64,000 nucleotides of DNA from an uncultured Ectothiorhodospiraceae bacterium (GCA_964641615.1 CAZXNH010000007.1:41705-105704), one strand, 5' to 3'. Shown: positions 31,482-44,294, counted from the stretch's first letter. Numbers and translations: made by a program. The notes: generated by a model from the sequence alone, not told the origin.

Positions 31482-32855
31482 CTACGCGCGATTGATCGAG
31501 AATTCATTGAGTGCGTCGATATCCAGTTGCTCGTTATCCACCTTCAGATAAGCGGACTCTTCCTCGGGTATGACAGTGACCTCTGAGACCCCGGGAACAT
31601 GGCCGATGCGGGTGGCTAGCTGATCGGCCTCGGCAGGATTTATCACCCCTATGTTCAGCACATAGCTTGCCAGATAGCGAGGGGACTCCATGCTCACAGC
31701 CAGTACCAGCCACAGCAGGAGTATCCCTGCCCCAAAAAGAAATACGCCATTTGCCATCCAGTGGCCATACAGGAAACCACCCAGAGCACCACCGACAAAG
31801 ATTCCCAGGAACTGACTGCTGGAGTAAACACCCATCGCGGTACCCTTCCTGTCGGTTGGAGACTGCTTTGCAATCAGTGAGGGCAGGCTCGCCTCGAGCA
31901 GATTAAAAGCAATAAAGAAGAACAACAGGAATATCGCCAGGCCAGTAAGGGAGTCCTGCAACGACAGAAGACCCAGCTCAGCAAGTACCAGCAGCAGTAT
32001 CGCCGATACAAAAACCGGCTTCATCTTGCGTTTCTTCTCGGCAATGATGATGAATGGCACCATGGCAATAAAGGCCACCACGAATACCGGCAGATAAAGC
32101 TGCCAGTGCGTTTCACTCGGCATCAGGCCTGCCAGCACCAGCGGTAGGGCCACAAAATTGGCCGTGAGCACGGTATGCAGACTGAAAATTCCCCAGTTCA
32201 AACGTAGCAACTGGGTATCTTTAAGCACGCTGCCCAGGGTCGCGGGTACCAGTTCGGTATCACGGTGGAAATGTATGGCCACGGTCGGCACAGCAAAAAG
32301 AACAATGGCTATAGCGAGCAGTGCCAGCAGCACGGTCAGGCCGAAAATACCTGGTACACCAATAATAGTGTTGAGTATGGGACCGAGAATCATGGAAAGC
32401 GCGAAGGCAACACCAATACTGGCACCTATGGTTGCCATCACCTTGGTTCGGTGTTCTTCCCGGGTCAGGTCAGCCGCCAGTGCCATAACTGCTGCGGCCA
32501 CTGCGCCCGCCCCCTGCAGGGCACGACCAAAGATAATCCCGTAGATAGAGTCAGACATGGCAGCCACGGCGCTACCAAGAGCAAAAACCAACAGGCCCGC
32601 GACTATGACGGGTTTACGACCAAAGCGGTCTGACAGCATGCCTAGCGGAATCTGGAAAATCGCCTGAGTCATACCGTAAATACCGATCGCAATACCGACC
32701 AGAAATGGTGTCACACCTTCCAGGCCAGAGGCATAGAGGGAAAAGACCGGTAGAATCATGAACAGGCCGAGCATGCGCACGGCATAGATGCTCGCCATAG
32801 ACAGGGCAGCCCTGCGTTCAAAGGACGTCATGTTCTGATGGGTGGACTCTTTCAT
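31482..32855 (-). CDS. MFS transporter
   Basis: Twelve-TM profile with the MFS motif GxLSDRFGRK after TM2. Its position between uvrA and ssb matches Pseudomonas synteny. Confidence 0.85.
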   Translation of the reverse strand: MKESTHQNMTSFERRAALSMASIYAVRMLGLFMILPVFSLYASGLEGVTPFLVGIAIGIYGMTQAIFQIPLGMLSDRFGRKPVIVAGLLVFALGSAVAAMSDSIYGIIFGRALQGAGAVAAAVMALAADLTREEHRTKVMATIGASIGVAFALSMILGPILNTIIGVPGIFGLTVLLALLAIAIVLFAVPTVAIHFHRDTELVPATLGSVLKDTQLLRLNWGIFSLHTVLTANFVALPLVLAGLMPSETHWQLYLPVFVVAFIAMVPFIIIAEKKRKMKPVFVSAILLLVLAELGLLSLQDSLTGLAIFLLFFFIAFNLLEASLPSLIAKQSPTDRKGTAMGVYSSSQFLGIFVGGALGGFLYGHWMANGVFLFGAGILLLWLVLAVSMESPRYLASYVLNIGVINPAEADQLATRIGHVPGVSEVTVIPEEESAYLKVDNEQLDIDALNEFSINRA

Positions 32856-32980
32856 GGAGGAGCGAGTCTACCAACTTCTGTGCTGAGGGGCACGCTCACC
32901 GATAAAAGCCCTGTGATTAGTGCGACGTCCTGGTTTTGTTTAGTGATAAAATACCGGGTTTTCCCAACGCGGACTCGACG

Positions 32981-35809
32981 ATGGACAAGATACTGATTCG
33001 TGGCGCACGAACCCATAATCTTAAGAACATTGATATTGACCTGCCACGGGACAAACTGATTGTTATTACCGGCCTGTCTGGTTCCGGCAAATCATCCCTG
33101 GCTTTCGATACCCTGTTTGCCGAGGGTCAGCGTCGCTATGTTGAATCGCTTTCGGCCTACGCACGCCAGTTCCTGTCCATGATGGAAAAGCCTGATATCG
33201 ACCATATCGAGGGCCTCTCCCCTGCCATCTCCATTGAGCAGAAGACCACTTCGCATAATCCCCGCTCCACCGTCGGTACCATCACCGAGATCTATGATTA
33301 CCTGCGTCTGCTCTTCGCCCGCGCAGGTGCACCACGATGCCCGGATCATGATATTTCACTGGAAGCCCAGACTATCAGTCAAATGGTGGATCATGTCCTG
33401 GAACTGCCTGAAGGTAGCAAACTGATGCTACTGGCCCCGGTCGTTCAGGAGCGCAAGGGCGAGCATGTGCAGGTCCTGGAAGACCTCAAAGCCCAGGGCT
33501 TCATCCGTGCCCGTATCGATGGCGAGGTTGTCGAACTGGATTCCCCACCAGCCCTGGACCTGCGTCGGAAGCACAGCATCGAGGTGGTGATTGACCGTTT
33601 CAAGGTTCGTTCAGATCTGCAACAACGCCTGGCGGAATCCTTTGAAACCGCCCTTCGCCTGACCGATGGCCTGGTGCGTATTGCCTGGATGGAAGGCGAC
33701 CAGGGTGAGACTGTCTTCTCATCCAAATTCGCCTGCCCTGAATGCGGCTACTCACTTAGTGAGCTCGAACCACGCCTGTTCTCATTTAATAACCCTGTTG
33801 GTGCCTGCCCAAGCTGTGATGGTCTCGGTGTCAAACAATTCTTCGATCCACAGCGTGTCGTTGCCACGCCGGAACTCAGCCTGGCCGGTGGTGCCGTACG
33901 TGGTTGGGATCGCCGAAATGCATACTACTTTCAGATGATCTCGTCGCTAGCCGATCACTATGGCTTTGATATAGAGACCCCTTTCGAGGAACTCGATGAA
34001 TCAATTCAGAAGGTCATCCTGATGGGTAGTGGCACTGAAGACATCGAATTCACCTACATAGGCAATCGCGGCAACGTCACGACCAAAACGCATCCTTTTG
34101 AGGGCATCATCCACAACCTGGAACGCCGCTACCGAGAAACCGACTCCAATACCGTACGTGAAGAACTGTCTCGTTTCCTGTCGATACAGCCCTGCCCCGA
34201 CTGCCAAGGTACGCGCCTGAATCGCGAGGCCCGTCATGTCTTTATTGAGCAATATAATCTGCCAGATGTTACTGCCCTGCCAATTGGTCAGGCTTATGAG
34301 TTCTTTGAACAGCTGGACCTGCCTGGTAAGCGCGGGAAAATTGCTGAAAAAATCCTGCGCGAAATCAGCCAGCGTCTGCAGTTCCTGGTCAATGTCGGTC
34401 TGGATTACCTGACCCTGAACCGCAGTTCAGAAACCCTGTCCGGGGGCGAGGCCCAGCGTATACGTCTGGCCAGCCAGATTGGTGCTGGCCTGGTTGGCGT
34501 CATGTATATCCTGGATGAGCCTTCTATTGGCCTGCACCAGCGTGACAATACGCGCCTGCTTCAAACCCTGAATCATCTGCGTGACCTGGGCAATACCGTG
34601 ATTGTCGTTGAACATGACGAAGATGCAATCCGCAGTGCTGATTTCGTAATTGATATTGGCCCGGGTGCTGGCGTACATGGCGGCAAGGTCGTCGCCCAGG
34701 GCCTGCCTGATGAAGTTATGAACAACCCGGAATCTCTGACCGGGCAGTACCTGTCTGGCAAAAAGGCTATCGAGCTACCCGCTGAACGCACCCAGCACGA
34801 CGGTCGCATGCTCACCATTCGTGGCGCAGCCAGTAACAACCTGAAACAGATTGATGTCGACATTCCCGTTGGCCTGTTTACCTGTATTACCGGCGTATCA
34901 GGTTCAGGCAAGTCGACACTCATCAACGACACGCTATACCGACATGCCGCCCTCAAGATCAATGGTAGTGGCGAAACACCTGCCTACTGTGACGGCATAG
35001 AAGGGCTGGAGCATATCGACAAGATTGTCGATATCGACCAGAGCCCTATCGGTCGTACACCACGCTCCAACCCGGCTACCTACACGGGTCTTTTTACCCC
35101 AATTCGAGAACTCTTCAGCGGAACCCAGGAAGCCAGGTCCCGAGGCTATACGCCCGGGCGTTTCAGCTTTAACGTCAAGGGTGGACGTTGTGAGGCATGC
35201 CAGGGCGATGGTGTTATCAAGGTCGAGATGCATTTCCTGCCCGATGTCTTTGTACCCTGTGATGTCTGCAATGGACAGCGTTACAATCGCGAGACACTGG
35301 ATATCCGTTACAAGGGTAAAAACATTCACGAAGTTCTTGGCATGACTGTGGAAGACGCACTCGATTTCTTCCATGCCATTCCCGTCATTAAACGAAAGCT
35401 ACAGACCCTGATGGATGTAGGCCTGTCTTACATCACACTTGGCCAGAACGCGACGACACTTTCCGGTGGGGAAGCCCAACGCGTGAAACTGGCCCGTGAA
35501 TTATCGAAACGCGATACCGGCAAGACACTGTATATCCTGGATGAGCCAACCACTGGACTACATTTCCATGATGTCGAACAACTCTTATCTGTACTCCACC
35601 AGCTCAGAGACCGTGGTAATACCATTGTAGTTATCGAGCACAATCTGGATGTCATCAAGACAGCAGACTGGATTGTCGACCTTGGACCCGAGGGCGGTAA
35701 TGGGGGAGGACAGCTCGTTGGAACCGGAACACCGGAGGATATCGCAGCAATCAAAGCCTCTTATACAGGCCAGTTCCTGAAACCTATCCTGGAACGACAG
35801 AAGGGCTAG
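32981..35809 (+). CDS. uvrA: Excinuclease ABC subunit A
   Basis: Begins [45 protein letters not shown]. It has two ABC modules and zinc-finger CxxC pairs. Length is 942 aa. The listed ORF is 15 codons longer. Confidence 0.95.
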   Translation: MDKILIRGARTHNLKNIDIDLPRDKLIVITGLSGSGKSSLAFDTLFAEGQRRYVESLSAYARQFLSMMEKPDIDHIEGLSPAISIEQKTTSHNPRSTVGTITEIYDYLRLLFARAGAPRCPDHDISLEAQTISQMVDHVLELPEGSKLMLLAPVVQERKGEHVQVLEDLKAQGFIRARIDGEVVELDSPPALDLRRKHSIEVVIDRFKVRSDLQQRLAESFETALRLTDGLVRIAWMEGDQGETVFSSKFACPECGYSLSELEPRLFSFNNPVGACPSCDGLGVKQFFDPQRVVATPELSLAGGAVRGWDRRNAYYFQMISSLADHYGFDIETPFEELDESIQKVILMGSGTEDIEFTYIGNRGNVTTKTHPFEGIIHNLERRYRETDSNTVREELSRFLSIQPCPDCQGTRLNREARHVFIEQYNLPDVTALPIGQAYEFFEQLDLPGKRGKIAEKILREISQRLQFLVNVGLDYLTLNRSSETLSGGEAQRIRLASQIGAGLVGVMYILDEPSIGLHQRDNTRLLQTLNHLRDLGNTVIVVEHDEDAIRSADFVIDIGPGAGVHGGKVVAQGLPDEVMNNPESLTGQYLSGKKAIELPAERTQHDGRMLTIRGAASNNLKQIDVDIPVGLFTCITGVSGSGKSTLINDTLYRHAALKINGSGETPAYCDGIEGLEHIDKIVDIDQSPIGRTPRSNPATYTGLFTPIRELFSGTQEARSRGYTPGRFSFNVKGGRCEACQGDGVIKVEMHFLPDVFVPCDVCNGQRYNRETLDIRYKGKNIHEVLGMTVEDALDFFHAIPVIKRKLQTLMDVGLSYITLGQNATTLSGGEAQRVKLARELSKRDTGKTLYILDEPTTGLHFHDVEQLLSVLHQLRDRGNTIVVIEHNLDVIKTADWIVDLGPEGGNGGGQLVGTGTPEDIAAIKASYTGQFLKPILERQKG

Positions 35810-36534
35810 CCTGTCCTGATCCAGCGCAGTTCGTCACCAACCTTTAGCTGCAGAGTATCGGTCACACTGCCCTCGTTCAGGGCAAATTCGACCAGGCCAT
35901 TACTGTTGTAGTACCAGAAGGGCTCTGTACCAGCCTCCGCAAAAGTTCGTTGATAGGAAAGCTCTCTACCCGCTACCTGGAAACGATCATCTTCTAACAC
36001 CTCAGAACTTCGGATGCCCGTCATGGCATTACCGTAGTGATCACAGTAGACGATGCGCTGCAAATCGCTTGGCCAGTCCTGATGCAGCTGGACTGCAGGC
36101 ATATTTTTCACTCTGGGCATCTTACCACTTGCAATAATTGCGGCTGCAGGCGCAAAGATATCCCGACCGTGGAAGGTGGTAGAACAGTCCTGAGGCTGAT
36201 CCTCTAGAAACCACTGCTCAGACAAGGGATGGCGCATCTTAACAATATCAAACAGGCCATTTTCCGGACCGACAAACCACCGGTTGTTTGCACGCAGTAT
36301 TACAGGGAGACGATGCGAACCCACACCGGGATCTACGACACACAAAAAGACCGTATCATCCGGAAATACTTCCTGGTATGCCGCCAGTAAGTACGCAGAT
36401 TCCATTACGGCGAAGGGAGGGAGCTCAGGAAATAGATTGATAACTGGTGAATCAGGGGCATCATGATAGATGACCGCTTGCATCTGACCAATGTAGGGAT
36501 CACGAACACCAAAATCTGTCAGTAAAACAATCAT
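35806..36534 (-). CDS. SAM hydroxide adenosyltransferase (DUF62, chlorinase/fluorinase-like)
   Basis: Begins [18 protein letters not shown] and contains the conserved [10 protein letters not shown] motif. Length is 242 aa. Its stop overlaps the uvrA stop at a shared CTAG. Confidence 0.8.
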   Translation of the reverse strand: MIVLLTDFGVRDPYIGQMQAVIYHDAPDSPVINLFPELPPFAVMESAYLLAAYQEVFPDDTVFLCVVDPGVGSHRLPVILRANNRWFVGPENGLFDIVKMRHPLSEQWFLEDQPQDCSTTFHGRDIFAPAAAIIASGKMPRVKNMPAVQLHQDWPSDLQRIVYCDHYGNAMTGIRSSEVLEDDRFQVAGRELSYQRTFAEAGTEPFWYYNSNGLVEFALNEGSVTDTLQLKVGDELRWIRTG

Positions 36535-36545
36535 ACAAAGAAAAA

Positions 36546-36563
36546 GGCCGGTTAGTACCGGCC
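36546..36563 (-). terminator. Rho-independent terminator after rplQ, closing the alpha operon
   Basis: Stem ggccggt/accggcc with loop tagt, followed on the minus strand by UUUUUCUUUG. Confidence 0.75.
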
Positions 36564-36591
36564 TTTATCATACTGCACGGGAAGAAAAATG

Positions 36592-36975
36592 TTACTCGGC
36601 AGCAGCCTGAGTTTCTTCCGGACGGTCTACCAGTTCTACCAATGCCATAGGGGCATTGTCACCAGCACGAAAACCGCATTTGAGGATACGCAGGTAACCA
36701 CCTGGGCGTGCTTTATAGCGGGGACCCAGTTCGTTGAACAGCTTACCTACTGATTCCTTATCACGCAGGCGTGAAAAAGCAACACGGCGCTTATGCACAC
36801 TGTCTTCCTTCGCCAGGGTGATCAGAGGCTCTGCAACACGGCGCAGTTCCTTGGCCTTAGGAAGGGTGGTACGAATAACTTCATGCTGAATCAGTGAATT
36901 TGCCATATTGGCGAACATCGCCTTGCGATGCGAGCTATTACGATTCAGTTTTCTACCAGATTTGCGGTGACGCAT
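36592..36975 (-). CDS. rplQ: 50S ribosomal protein L17
   Basis: Begins [21 protein letters not shown]. Length is 127 aa. It is the last gene of the alpha operon. Confidence 0.97.
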   Translation of the reverse strand: MRHRKSGRKLNRNSSHRKAMFANMANSLIQHEVIRTTLPKAKELRRVAEPLITLAKEDSVHKRRVAFSRLRDKESVGKLFNELGPRYKARPGGYLRILKCGFRAGDNAPMALVELVDRPEETQAAAE

Positions 36976-37010
36976 GACTCTGATTCCTTACTTAATTCAA
37001 TATGGGGCTA

Positions 37011-37997
37011 TTAGCCCTTGTTCTCTTGCAGGCTGGCTGGAGGCCAGTTCTCAAGGCGCATACCCAGGGAAAGACCATGAGAAGCCAGTACATCTTTGAT
37101 TTCTGTCAGAGACTTCTTACCGAGGTTAGGAGTCTTAAGAAGCTCAACTTCAGTTCTCTGAATCAGGTCACCGATGTAATAAATGTTTTCTGCTTTCAGG
37201 CAGTTGGCACTACGTACAGTCAGTTCCAGATCATCTACAGGACGCAAAAGGATAGGATCAATTTCTGGTCCCTTTTCTGCACCAGAAGCTTCTTCTGTAC
37301 CCTGCAGATCAACAAAAGGCTCAAGCTGCTTATGCAGAATACCAGCAGCCTCGCGTATAGCTTCTTCAGGGTCTACAGTACCGTTGGTTTCCAGTTCGAT
37401 AATTAGCTTGTCCAGGTTGGTACGCTGTTCAACACGAGCACTTTCAACATTGTATGCAACGTTACGGATCGGGCTGAAGCTGGCATCCAGCAGCAGACGG
37501 CCAATAGGACGATCACTTTCTTCACCACCACGACGAGTAGTTGAAGGCTGATAACCCAGGCCTTTAACTATCTTGAGGGTCATGTTCAGCTCAGCGCCCT
37601 TGGTAATATTGGCGATGACATGATCGGGATTAACGATCTCGATATCGTGGTCCAGAGTAATATCACCCGCAGTAACCGCGCCAGCACCAGACTTTTTGAG
37701 GGTCAGGGTAGCTTCTTCGCGATTATGCATACGAATGGCAATATCTTTGAGGTTAAGCAGGATTTCAACAACATCTTCCTGAACGCCCTCAATAGTAGTG
37801 TACTCATGAAGTACACCTTCAATCTCTACTTCAACAATGGCAGCACCAGGAATTGAAGAGAGCAGAATACGACGCAGTGCATTACCAAGAGTATGACCAA
37901 AGCCACGCTCAAGCGGCTCCAGAATTACCTTGGCATGGCGTTCATTATCCGACTTTACGGTAATGTTGCGCGGCACTAACAAATCATTTGATGACAT
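37011..37997 (-). CDS. rpoA: DNA-directed RNA polymerase alpha subunit
   Basis: Contains [23 protein letters not shown] and an alpha-CTD. Length is 328 aa. Confidence 0.97.
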   Translation of the reverse strand: MSSNDLLVPRNITVKSDNERHAKVILEPLERGFGHTLGNALRRILLSSIPGAAIVEVEIEGVLHEYTTIEGVQEDVVEILLNLKDIAIRMHNREEATLTLKKSGAGAVTAGDITLDHDIEIVNPDHVIANITKGAELNMTLKIVKGLGYQPSTTRRGGEESDRPIGRLLLDASFSPIRNVAYNVESARVEQRTNLDKLIIELETNGTVDPEEAIREAAGILHKQLEPFVDLQGTEEASGAEKGPEIDPILLRPVDDLELTVRSANCLKAENIYYIGDLIQRTEVELLKTPNLGKKSLTEIKDVLASHGLSLGMRLENWPPASLQENKG

Positions 37998-38019
37998 TGG
38001 CTAACCCCAGGATCCTAGA

Positions 38020-38640
38020 TTACTTAGAGTACAGTTCGACGATCAGTGATTCGTTGATTTCAGCAGGGAGTTCGCTACGCTCAGGAACACTTTTAAATGT
38101 GCCTGACATACCCTTCAAATCAACTTCGATCCATTCTGGGAAACCATGTTGTTCGGCCACGTTCAGTGAATCCTGAATACGGCTCTGCTTACGTGCTTTC
38201 TCACGAACAGAGACCTTGTCACCGGCCTTAACCTGGTAAGAAGGAATGTTAACAATAACGTCGTTGACCATGATTGCCTTATGGCTAACCAGCTGACGAG
38301 ATTCGGCACGAGTTGCACCAAAACCCATACGGTAGACAACATTATCAAGGCGACACTCAAGCAGTTTCAGCAGGTTTTCACCAGTTGAACCCTTGGTTGA
38401 TGCAGCCTTTTTGAAATAGTTACGGAATTGCTTTTCCAGAACTCCATACATACGGCGAACTTTCTGCTTTTCGCGGAGCTGTACACCATAGTCTGAGAGT
38501 CTGCCTCGGCGATCGCCGTGCTGACCAGGAACTTTTTCCATGTTGCACTTGCTGTCAAGCGCACGAACACGGCTCTTAAGAGAGAGGTCGGTACCTTCGC
38601 GACGACTCAGTTTACACTTTGGTCCTGTATATCTTGCCAT
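38020..38640 (-). CDS. rpsD: 30S ribosomal protein S4
   Basis: Begins [19 protein letters not shown]. Length is 206 aa. Confidence 0.97.
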   Translation of the reverse strand: MARYTGPKCKLSRREGTDLSLKSRVRALDSKCNMEKVPGQHGDRRGRLSDYGVQLREKQKVRRMYGVLEKQFRNYFKKAASTKGSTGENLLKLLECRLDNVVYRMGFGATRAESRQLVSHKAIMVNDVIVNIPSYQVKAGDKVSVREKARKQSRIQDSLNVAEQHGFPEWIEVDLKGMSGTFKSVPERSELPAEINESLIVELYSK

Positions 38641-38656
38641 CTTCTAATACTCCTGA

Positions 38657-39043
38657 TTACACGCGACGTTTCTTAGGCGGACGGCAACCATTATGTGGAA
38701 TGGGTGTTACGTCAGCGATGTGTGTAATCTTGAATCCAATATTGTTCAATGAACGAACGGCAGATTCTCGACCAGGTCCTGGTCCCTTAACCATAACCTC
38801 GAGATTCTTTACACCATATTCTTTGGCAGCCTCACCAGCGCGCTCTGCAGCAACCTGTGCCGCAAATGGTGTACTTTTCCTTGAACCACGGAAACCTGAA
38901 CCACCAGCAGTTGCCCAACTCAGAGTATTACCCTGGCGATCACTGATAGTAATGATGGTGTTGTTGAAGGTGGCGTGAACGTGCGCAACACCGTCGGTTA
39001 CAACGCGTTTTACCTTCTTCTTGCGAACTGGTGCCTTAGCCAT
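38657..39043 (-). CDS. rpsK: 30S ribosomal protein S11
   Basis: Near-identical to E. coli S11 ([16 protein letters not shown]...CRPPKKRRV). Confidence 0.97.
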   Translation of the reverse strand: MAKAPVRKKKVKRVVTDGVAHVHATFNNTIITISDRQGNTLSWATAGGSGFRGSRKSTPFAAQVAAERAGEAAKEYGVKNLEVMVKGPGPGRESAVRSLNNIGFKITHIADVTPIPHNGCRPPKKRRV

Positions 39044-39059
39044 GCTTATTTCCTAGCTA

Positions 39060-39416
39060 TTACTTACGAATGGGACGACGAGGTCCCTTGCGAGTGCGTG
39101 CATTAGTCTTGGTGCGCTGTCCACGAACAGGCAGACCACGACGGTGGCGAATACCGCGATATGTACCAAGGTCCATCAAACGTTTGATGTTCATTGACAC
39201 TTCACGTCTCAGATCGCCTTCAACAGTGAACTTACCAACCTCAGTACGGAGAGTTTCGATCTCCTCTTCGGTCAGATCACGGATCTTGGTGTCTGGCTGA
39301 ATATTGGCCGCCTCACAGATAGCCTGTGCACGGGTCGGGCCGATACCATAGATCGCCTGAAGCGATATAACTGCATGTTTTTGATCGGGAATATTAATCC
39401 CAGCAATACGAGCCAT
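39060..39416 (-). CDS. rpsM: 30S ribosomal protein S13
   Basis: Begins [19 protein letters not shown]. Length is 118 aa. Confidence 0.97.
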   Translation of the reverse strand: MARIAGINIPDQKHAVISLQAIYGIGPTRAQAICEAANIQPDTKIRDLTEEEIETLRTEVGKFTVEGDLRREVSMNIKRLMDLGTYRGIRHRRGLPVRGQRTKTNARTRKGPRRPIRK

Positions 39417-39487
39417 TAAAGCCTACTCCACAAGACCGTCTCGAGAAAAGCGCGCAATTTTAGCGGAACTCGCGACGTCTTTCAACA

Positions 39488-39601
39488 TTAACCTTGACGT
39501 TGTTTATGGCGTGGATCTGTACAGATCACGCGAACAACACCCTTACGCCTGATAATTCGGCAGTTACGGCACATTTTTTTAACTGATGCACGTACTTTCA
39601 T
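39488..39601 (-). CDS. rpmJ: 50S ribosomal protein L36
   Basis: My own translation gives [37 protein letters not shown] (37 aa). It is below the ORF-track size cutoff. Position between secY and rpsM is canonical. Confidence 0.9.
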   Translation of the reverse strand: MKVRASVKKMCRNCRIIRRKGVVRVICTDPRHKQRQG

Positions 39602-39625
39602 GATTCAAACCTCATACAAAATGGC

Positions 39626-40966
39626 TTATCTCAGTCCCCTGAGATTCGCCTTCTTCATCAGGCCTTCATACTGATGAGACATCAGATGCGCCTGCGCCTG
39701 GGCCATAAAGTCCATGACCACAATGACAATGATCAACAGAGAAGTACCACCAAAATAAAATGGCACATTCCAGTACAGAATCAGGAATTCAGGCATCAGA
39801 CATACGGCAGTAATGTACATTGCACCTACTGCGGTCAGACGCGTCATAACCTGATCGATATAACGAGCCGTATGTTCACCTGGACGACGACCAGGGATTA
39901 CAGCACCAGACTTCTTTAAGTTGTCTGCAGTTTCCCGCGAGTTAAATACCAACGCGGTATAGAAAAAACAGAAGAAAACGATCGCCAGGGCATACATGCC
40001 AACATAAAGGGGCTGCCCCGGTGATAATGCGCCAGTAATCTCCTGCATCCACGCCATGCCTTCACCCTGACCAAACCATTGTCCCAGTGTGGCCGGGAAA
40101 AGAATGATGCTCGAAGCGAAAATCGGAGGAATTACTCCAGCCATATTCAGCTTCAGTGGCAGGTGACTTGTCTGACCCGCATACATTTTTCTACCCACCT
40201 GCCGTTTTGGATAATTGACAGGTATCTGTCTCTGACCACGCTCTACAAACACAACAAAGGCGGTCACAGCCAGGACAAGAATCAATAGAACCAGAACCAG
40301 AGCAGGTGACATTTCACCTGTTCTCGCAAGTTCCAGTGTTCCACCAATTGCGCTTGGCAGACCGGCAACAATACCGGCAAAAATAATCATAGAGATACCG
40401 TTACCAATACCTCTTTCGGTGATCTGTTCACCCAACCACATCAGGAACAGGGTACCGGTTACCAGGGTAACGGTTGTTGTAAAGACAAACCCCATACCCG
40501 GAGTAATCGCGATTGACTGACCACCAGTAATCTGCGAACCCTGCAGCGAAACGGCAATACCGATCCCCTGGAAAGTAGCCAGAAGTACGGTTCCATAACG
40601 CGTATATTGCGTTATTTTGCGTCTGCCTGATTCACCCTCTTTTTTAAGCTGCTCAAGTGTGGGAACAACCACGGTCATCAACTGCATGATGATCGACGCC
40701 GAAATATACGGCATGATCCCGAGTGCAAACACACTCAAACGGCTCAGCGCACCGCCCGAGAACATGTTAAACATGTCAAGAATGGTGCCGGTGTTCGTAT
40801 CAAAAAACTGCTGCAATGCAACTGGGTTAATACCAGGTACAGGAATAAATGTACCTAACCGGTAAACGACCAGAGCAAGGATCAGAAAAACAATGCGCTG
40901 ACGCAGCTCTGTTATCTTGCCGAGATCACCAATTGATCCTGCCAGACCCCCCTGCGCAGATGCCAT
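39626..40966 (-). CDS. secY: Preprotein translocase SecY
   Basis: Ten-TM profile. Length is 446 aa. It is the last large gene of the spc operon. Confidence 0.97.
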   Translation of the reverse strand: MASAQGGLAGSIGDLGKITELRQRIVFLILALVVYRLGTFIPVPGINPVALQQFFDTNTGTILDMFNMFSGGALSRLSVFALGIMPYISASIIMQLMTVVVPTLEQLKKEGESGRRKITQYTRYGTVLLATFQGIGIAVSLQGSQITGGQSIAITPGMGFVFTTTVTLVTGTLFLMWLGEQITERGIGNGISMIIFAGIVAGLPSAIGGTLELARTGEMSPALVLVLLILVLAVTAFVVFVERGQRQIPVNYPKRQVGRKMYAGQTSHLPLKLNMAGVIPPIFASSIILFPATLGQWFGQGEGMAWMQEITGALSPGQPLYVGMYALAIVFFCFFYTALVFNSRETADNLKKSGAVIPGRRPGEHTARYIDQVMTRLTAVGAMYITAVCLMPEFLILYWNVPFYFGGTSLLIIVIVVMDFMAQAQAHLMSHQYEGLMKKANLRGLR

Positions 40967-40968
40967 TA

Positions 40969-41403
40969 TCAGTCCTCGATTTTACCGCCAGCAGCTTCAA
41001 TAGCCGCCTTGGCACCCTTTGTAACAGCCAGACCTTTTACGGTAATGGCTTTGCTCAGCTCACCGGATAAAATAACTTTTGCACGTTGAATATTTTCAGC
41101 AACGATATCAGCCTTCTTCAGTGCATCCAGGTCAACCACGTCGGCATTCGCCTTTTCAAGCTCGTTCAGACGAACCTCAGCGACAAAAGCACCTTTACGT
41201 GAACTAAAGCCAACCTTAGGTAGACGACGCTGAAGTGGCATCTGGCCACCCTCAAAACCTACCTTGTGGTAACCACCAGAACGTGAATGCTGACCTTTAT
41301 GGCCACGACCACAGGTTTTACCCAGGCCAGAACCGATACCACGTCCAACACGCTTACGCGTTGGGCGACTACCAGCTGCAGGTTTCAGTGTATTCAGGCG
41401 CAT
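40969..41403 (-). CDS. rplO: 50S ribosomal protein L15
   Basis: Begins [30 protein letters not shown]. Confidence 0.97.
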   Translation of the reverse strand: MRLNTLKPAAGSRPTRKRVGRGIGSGLGKTCGRGHKGQHSRSGGYHKVGFEGGQMPLQRRLPKVGFSSRKGAFVAEVRLNELEKANADVVDLDALKKADIVAENIQRAKVILSGELSKAITVKGLAVTKGAKAAIEAAGGKIED

Positions 41404-41588
41404 TACAGCTCCTCCACTTTCAACATGTAGGAGATCTTGTTGATCATCCCGCGATTTTCAGGTGTATCAATCACCTCGACCGGGTTATGCATCTTGCGAA
41501 TACCCAGGCCACGCGCACACGCCTGATGGCTTTTTAATCTGCCAATAAGGCTACGCGTCAGCGTTAAACGAATTTTTTTGTCAGACAT
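41403..41588 (-). CDS. rpmD: 50S ribosomal protein L30
   Basis: Length 61 aa, matching the L30 pattern IKITQTRS-IGR. Confidence 0.95.
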   Translation of the reverse strand: MSDKKIRLTLTRSLIGRLKSHQACARGLGIRKMHNPVEVIDTPENRGMINKISYMLKVEEL

Positions 41589-41593
41589 GTTTA

Positions 41594-42094
41594 TTAACCT
41601 CGGATTTCTTCAACTGAGATACCGCGCTTTGCAGCTACAGACTCAGGTGAATTAATCGACGCCAGGCCATTCATGGTTGCACGTACAACGTTAATAGGGT
41701 TACGAGAACCAATACACTTAGCCAGAACGTTCTTGATACCTACCACCTCAAACACGGCACGCATAGCACCACCAGCGATAATACCGGTACCTTCTGATGC
41801 AGGCTGCATATGAACTTTGGCTGCGCCATGAATACCTACTTTCTGGTAATGCAGTGTGCCTTCATCCAGTGAAACCGTAATCATGTTCTTGCGTGCTGCT
41901 TCCATAGCTTTCTGAATCGCTACAGGAACTTCGCGCGCTTTACCGTAACCCATGCCTACCTTGCCATTACCATCACCGACGACAGTCAGCGCGGTAAAGC
42001 CAAACTGGCGACCACCCTTAACAACTTTTGCTACACGGTTGATAGAAACCAGTTTTTCCTGGAGACCATCAGTAGTATTTTCGAAATTGGCCAT
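41594..42094 (-). CDS. rpsE: 30S ribosomal protein S5
   Basis: Contains [15 protein letters not shown]. Length is 166 aa. Confidence 0.97.
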   Translation of the reverse strand: MANFENTTDGLQEKLVSINRVAKVVKGGRQFGFTALTVVGDGNGKVGMGYGKAREVPVAIQKAMEAARKNMITVSLDEGTLHYQKVGIHGAAKVHMQPASEGTGIIAGGAMRAVFEVVGIKNVLAKCIGSRNPINVVRATMNGLASINSPESVAAKRGISVEEIRG

Positions 42095-42105
42095 TGAAAT
42101 ACCCC

Positions 42106-42459
42106 TTAAAATTCAAGCCCGGCTTCACGAGCCGCATCGGCTAGAGCTTTCACACGACCATGGTATTTAAAACCTGAACGATCGAAAGCAACAGCATTGA
42201 CGCCTTTTTCCTTGGCACGTTCGGCAATTAGCTTGCCTACTGCGCTGGCAGCATCAACATTGCCCGTGTACTTCACGGCTTTTTTAACATCAGCTTCTAC
42301 AGAAGAGGCGCTAGCCAGCACTTCTGCACCATTAGGCGCAATAAGCTGTGCATAAATATGTTTAGGCGTACGATGGATACACAAACGGTGTGCATCCAGC
42401 TTTTTCTGATGTGCACGCGTCTTGCGGGCACGACGTAAACGAGCTTCTTTCTTATCCAT
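42106..42459 (-). CDS. rplR: 50S ribosomal protein L18
   Basis: Length 117 aa. Begins [15 protein letters not shown]. Confidence 0.97.
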   Translation of the reverse strand: MDKKEARLRRARKTRAHQKKLDAHRLCIHRTPKHIYAQLIAPNGAEVLASASSVEADVKKAVKYTGNVDAASAVGKLIAERAKEKGVNAVAFDRSGFKYHGRVKALADAAREAGLEF

Positions 42460-42471
42460 TTCGCTGTACCC

Positions 42472-43005
42472 TTACTTCTTCTTAGCCTCTTTGCGGATGA
42501 TGCGCTCATCAGCATATTTAACACCCTTACCCTTGTAAGGCTCGGGAGGTCTGTAGGCACGAATTTCAGCTGCAACCTGTCCAACCTTCTGCTTGTCCGC
42601 GCCCTTAACCAGAATTTCAGTCTGGCTAGGTGTTTCCACAGTAATACCTTCAGGTACCGGATATTCAACCGGGTGTGAAAAACCAAGCGTCAGATTCAAT
42701 TTCTGACCCTGGGCCTGAGCACGATAACCAACACCAACAAGCTCAAGCTTCTTTTCATAGCCCTGTGAAACACCGACCACCATATTGTTGATCAGTGCGC
42801 GCATCGTTCCAGCCATTGCATAGCCGGTTTGCGCAGCATCTTTCGCATCAACATTGACAGCATTGTCATTGACTTCAACACTGACAGTGTCATGTATTTC
42901 GAATTCAAAAGAACCCTTGGGTCCTTTTACTTTGAGGTCCTGGCCAGAGACATTCATCTCTACACCGCTAGGCAACTCAATTGGTTTCTTTGCAACTCGG
43001 GACAT
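42472..43005 (-). CDS. rplF: 50S ribosomal protein L6
   Basis: Begins [16 protein letters not shown]. Length is 177 aa. Confidence 0.97.
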   Translation of the reverse strand: MSRVAKKPIELPSGVEMNVSGQDLKVKGPKGSFEFEIHDTVSVEVNDNAVNVDAKDAAQTGYAMAGTMRALINNMVVGVSQGYEKKLELVGVGYRAQAQGQKLNLTLGFSHPVEYPVPEGITVETPSQTEILVKGADKQKVGQVAAEIRAYRPPEPYKGKGVKYADERIIRKEAKKK

Positions 43006-43018
43006 CGTCTTATATCCG

Positions 43019-43414
43019 TTACGCTACGGTGCAGATAACTTCACCACCAATACCGGCCGCACGTGCTGCGCGGTCGCTCATAACTCCCTTTGAGGTGCTG
43101 ATTATTGCAACACCCAGTCCACCAAGGACTTGTGGAAGTTCATCCTTACTACGATAGATACGCAGTCCTGGACGACTTACTCGCTCGATATTTTCGATAA
43201 CCGGCTTGTTATCAAAATATTTCAGAGTAACGGTCATCGCAGGCTGTCCATCTACTTCTGACTGCTGGAAATCAGTGATATAGCCTTCGTCTTTAAGAAC
43301 AGCGGCTACACGCTCTTTCATTCTGGATGCAGGCATAGTGACTTCGACTTTCTCTGCTGCCTGGGCATTCCTGATGCGCGTCAACATATCAGCAATAGGA
43401 TCTGACATACTCAT
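43019..43414 (-). CDS. rpsH: 30S ribosomal protein S8
   Basis: Near-identical to E. coli S8 ([20 protein letters not shown]). Confidence 0.97.
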   Translation of the reverse strand: MSMSDPIADMLTRIRNAQAAEKVEVTMPASRMKERVAAVLKDEGYITDFQQSEVDGQPAMTVTLKYFDNKPVIENIERVSRPGLRIYRSKDELPQVLGGLGVAIISTSKGVMSDRAARAAGIGGEVICTVA

Positions 43415-43425
43415 TGCTATTCTCC

Positions 43426-43731
43426 TTACCAGCTAGCCTTAACCACACCTGGAATATCTCCAAGCATGGCGTGCTCACGAATCTTGTTACGAGCAAGACC
43501 AAATTTACGGTAATAACCGTGAGGACGACCTGTAAGGCCGCAACGTTTGCGCTGACGACTAGGACTGGAATCGCGCGGTAGCTTCGCAAGCTTATCCACA
43601 GCTTCCATACGAACGTCAAAATCCAGCTCTTCGTTGCTAATGATTGCCTTGAGTTCAGCACGCTTAGCTGCATATTTTCGAACCAGTTTCTCGCGCTTAA
43701 GCTCACGTTGCATCATTGATACTTTAGCCAT
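43426..43731 (-). CDS. rpsN: 30S ribosomal protein S14
   Basis: Begins [21 protein letters not shown] and ends with a W. Length is 101 aa. Confidence 0.97.
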   Translation of the reverse strand: MAKVSMMQRELKREKLVRKYAAKRAELKAIISNEELDFDVRMEAVDKLAKLPRDSSPSRQRKRCGLTGRPHGYYRKFGLARNKIREHAMLGDIPGVVKASW

Positions 43732-43743
43732 TTATCTAAATCC

Positions 43744-44283
43744 TCATGCACGGAAAGGAAACTTAAACGCTTCAAGCAGTGCCTTAGCTTCCTCATCTGT
43801 TTTGGCTGTTGTCGTAATACTAATATCAAGACCGCGCAGTGCATCGATCTTGTCATAATCAATCTCAGGGAAGATGATCTGCTCTTTGACGCCCATGCTG
43901 TAATTGCCACGACCATCAAATGACTTGCCACTCAGACCACGGAAATCACGAATACGAGGAATCGCTACCGAAATCAGGCGATCCAGAAACTCGTACATGC
44001 GGGCTTTGCGTAAAGTCACCTTACAGCCAATTGGCATATCGTCCCTGATCTTAAAGCCCGCAATTGACTTACGTGACAGAGTGACAACAGCTTTCTGACC
44101 AGCAATCTTTTCCATATCACCAACAGCATTTTCGATAACTTTTTTGTCACCGATAGCCTCGCCGAGACCCATGTTGAGGGTAATCTTCTCAATCTTAGGA
44201 ATCATCATAGGGTTGTCATATTTGAACTTTTCCTGCAGTTCCTTAACAACCGTATCTTTGTAAAAATCTTGCAATCTAGCCAT
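43744..44283 (-). CDS. rplE: 50S ribosomal protein L5
   Basis: Begins [16 protein letters not shown]. Length is 179 aa. Confidence 0.97.
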   Translation of the reverse strand: MARLQDFYKDTVVKELQEKFKYDNPMMIPKIEKITLNMGLGEAIGDKKVIENAVGDMEKIAGQKAVVTLSRKSIAGFKIRDDMPIGCKVTLRKARMYEFLDRLISVAIPRIRDFRGLSGKSFDGRGNYSMGVKEQIIFPEIDYDKIDALRGLDISITTTAKTDEEAKALLEAFKFPFRA

Positions 44284-44294
44284 GACAATAACCC

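Noticed and set aside
32856-32980. Searched for a LexA box in the divergent MFS/uvrA promoter region
   Set aside because: There is no CTGT-N8-ACAG-like element. The best partial matches (CTGTGCTGAGGGGCAC, CTGTGATTAGTGCGAC) lack the second half-site.
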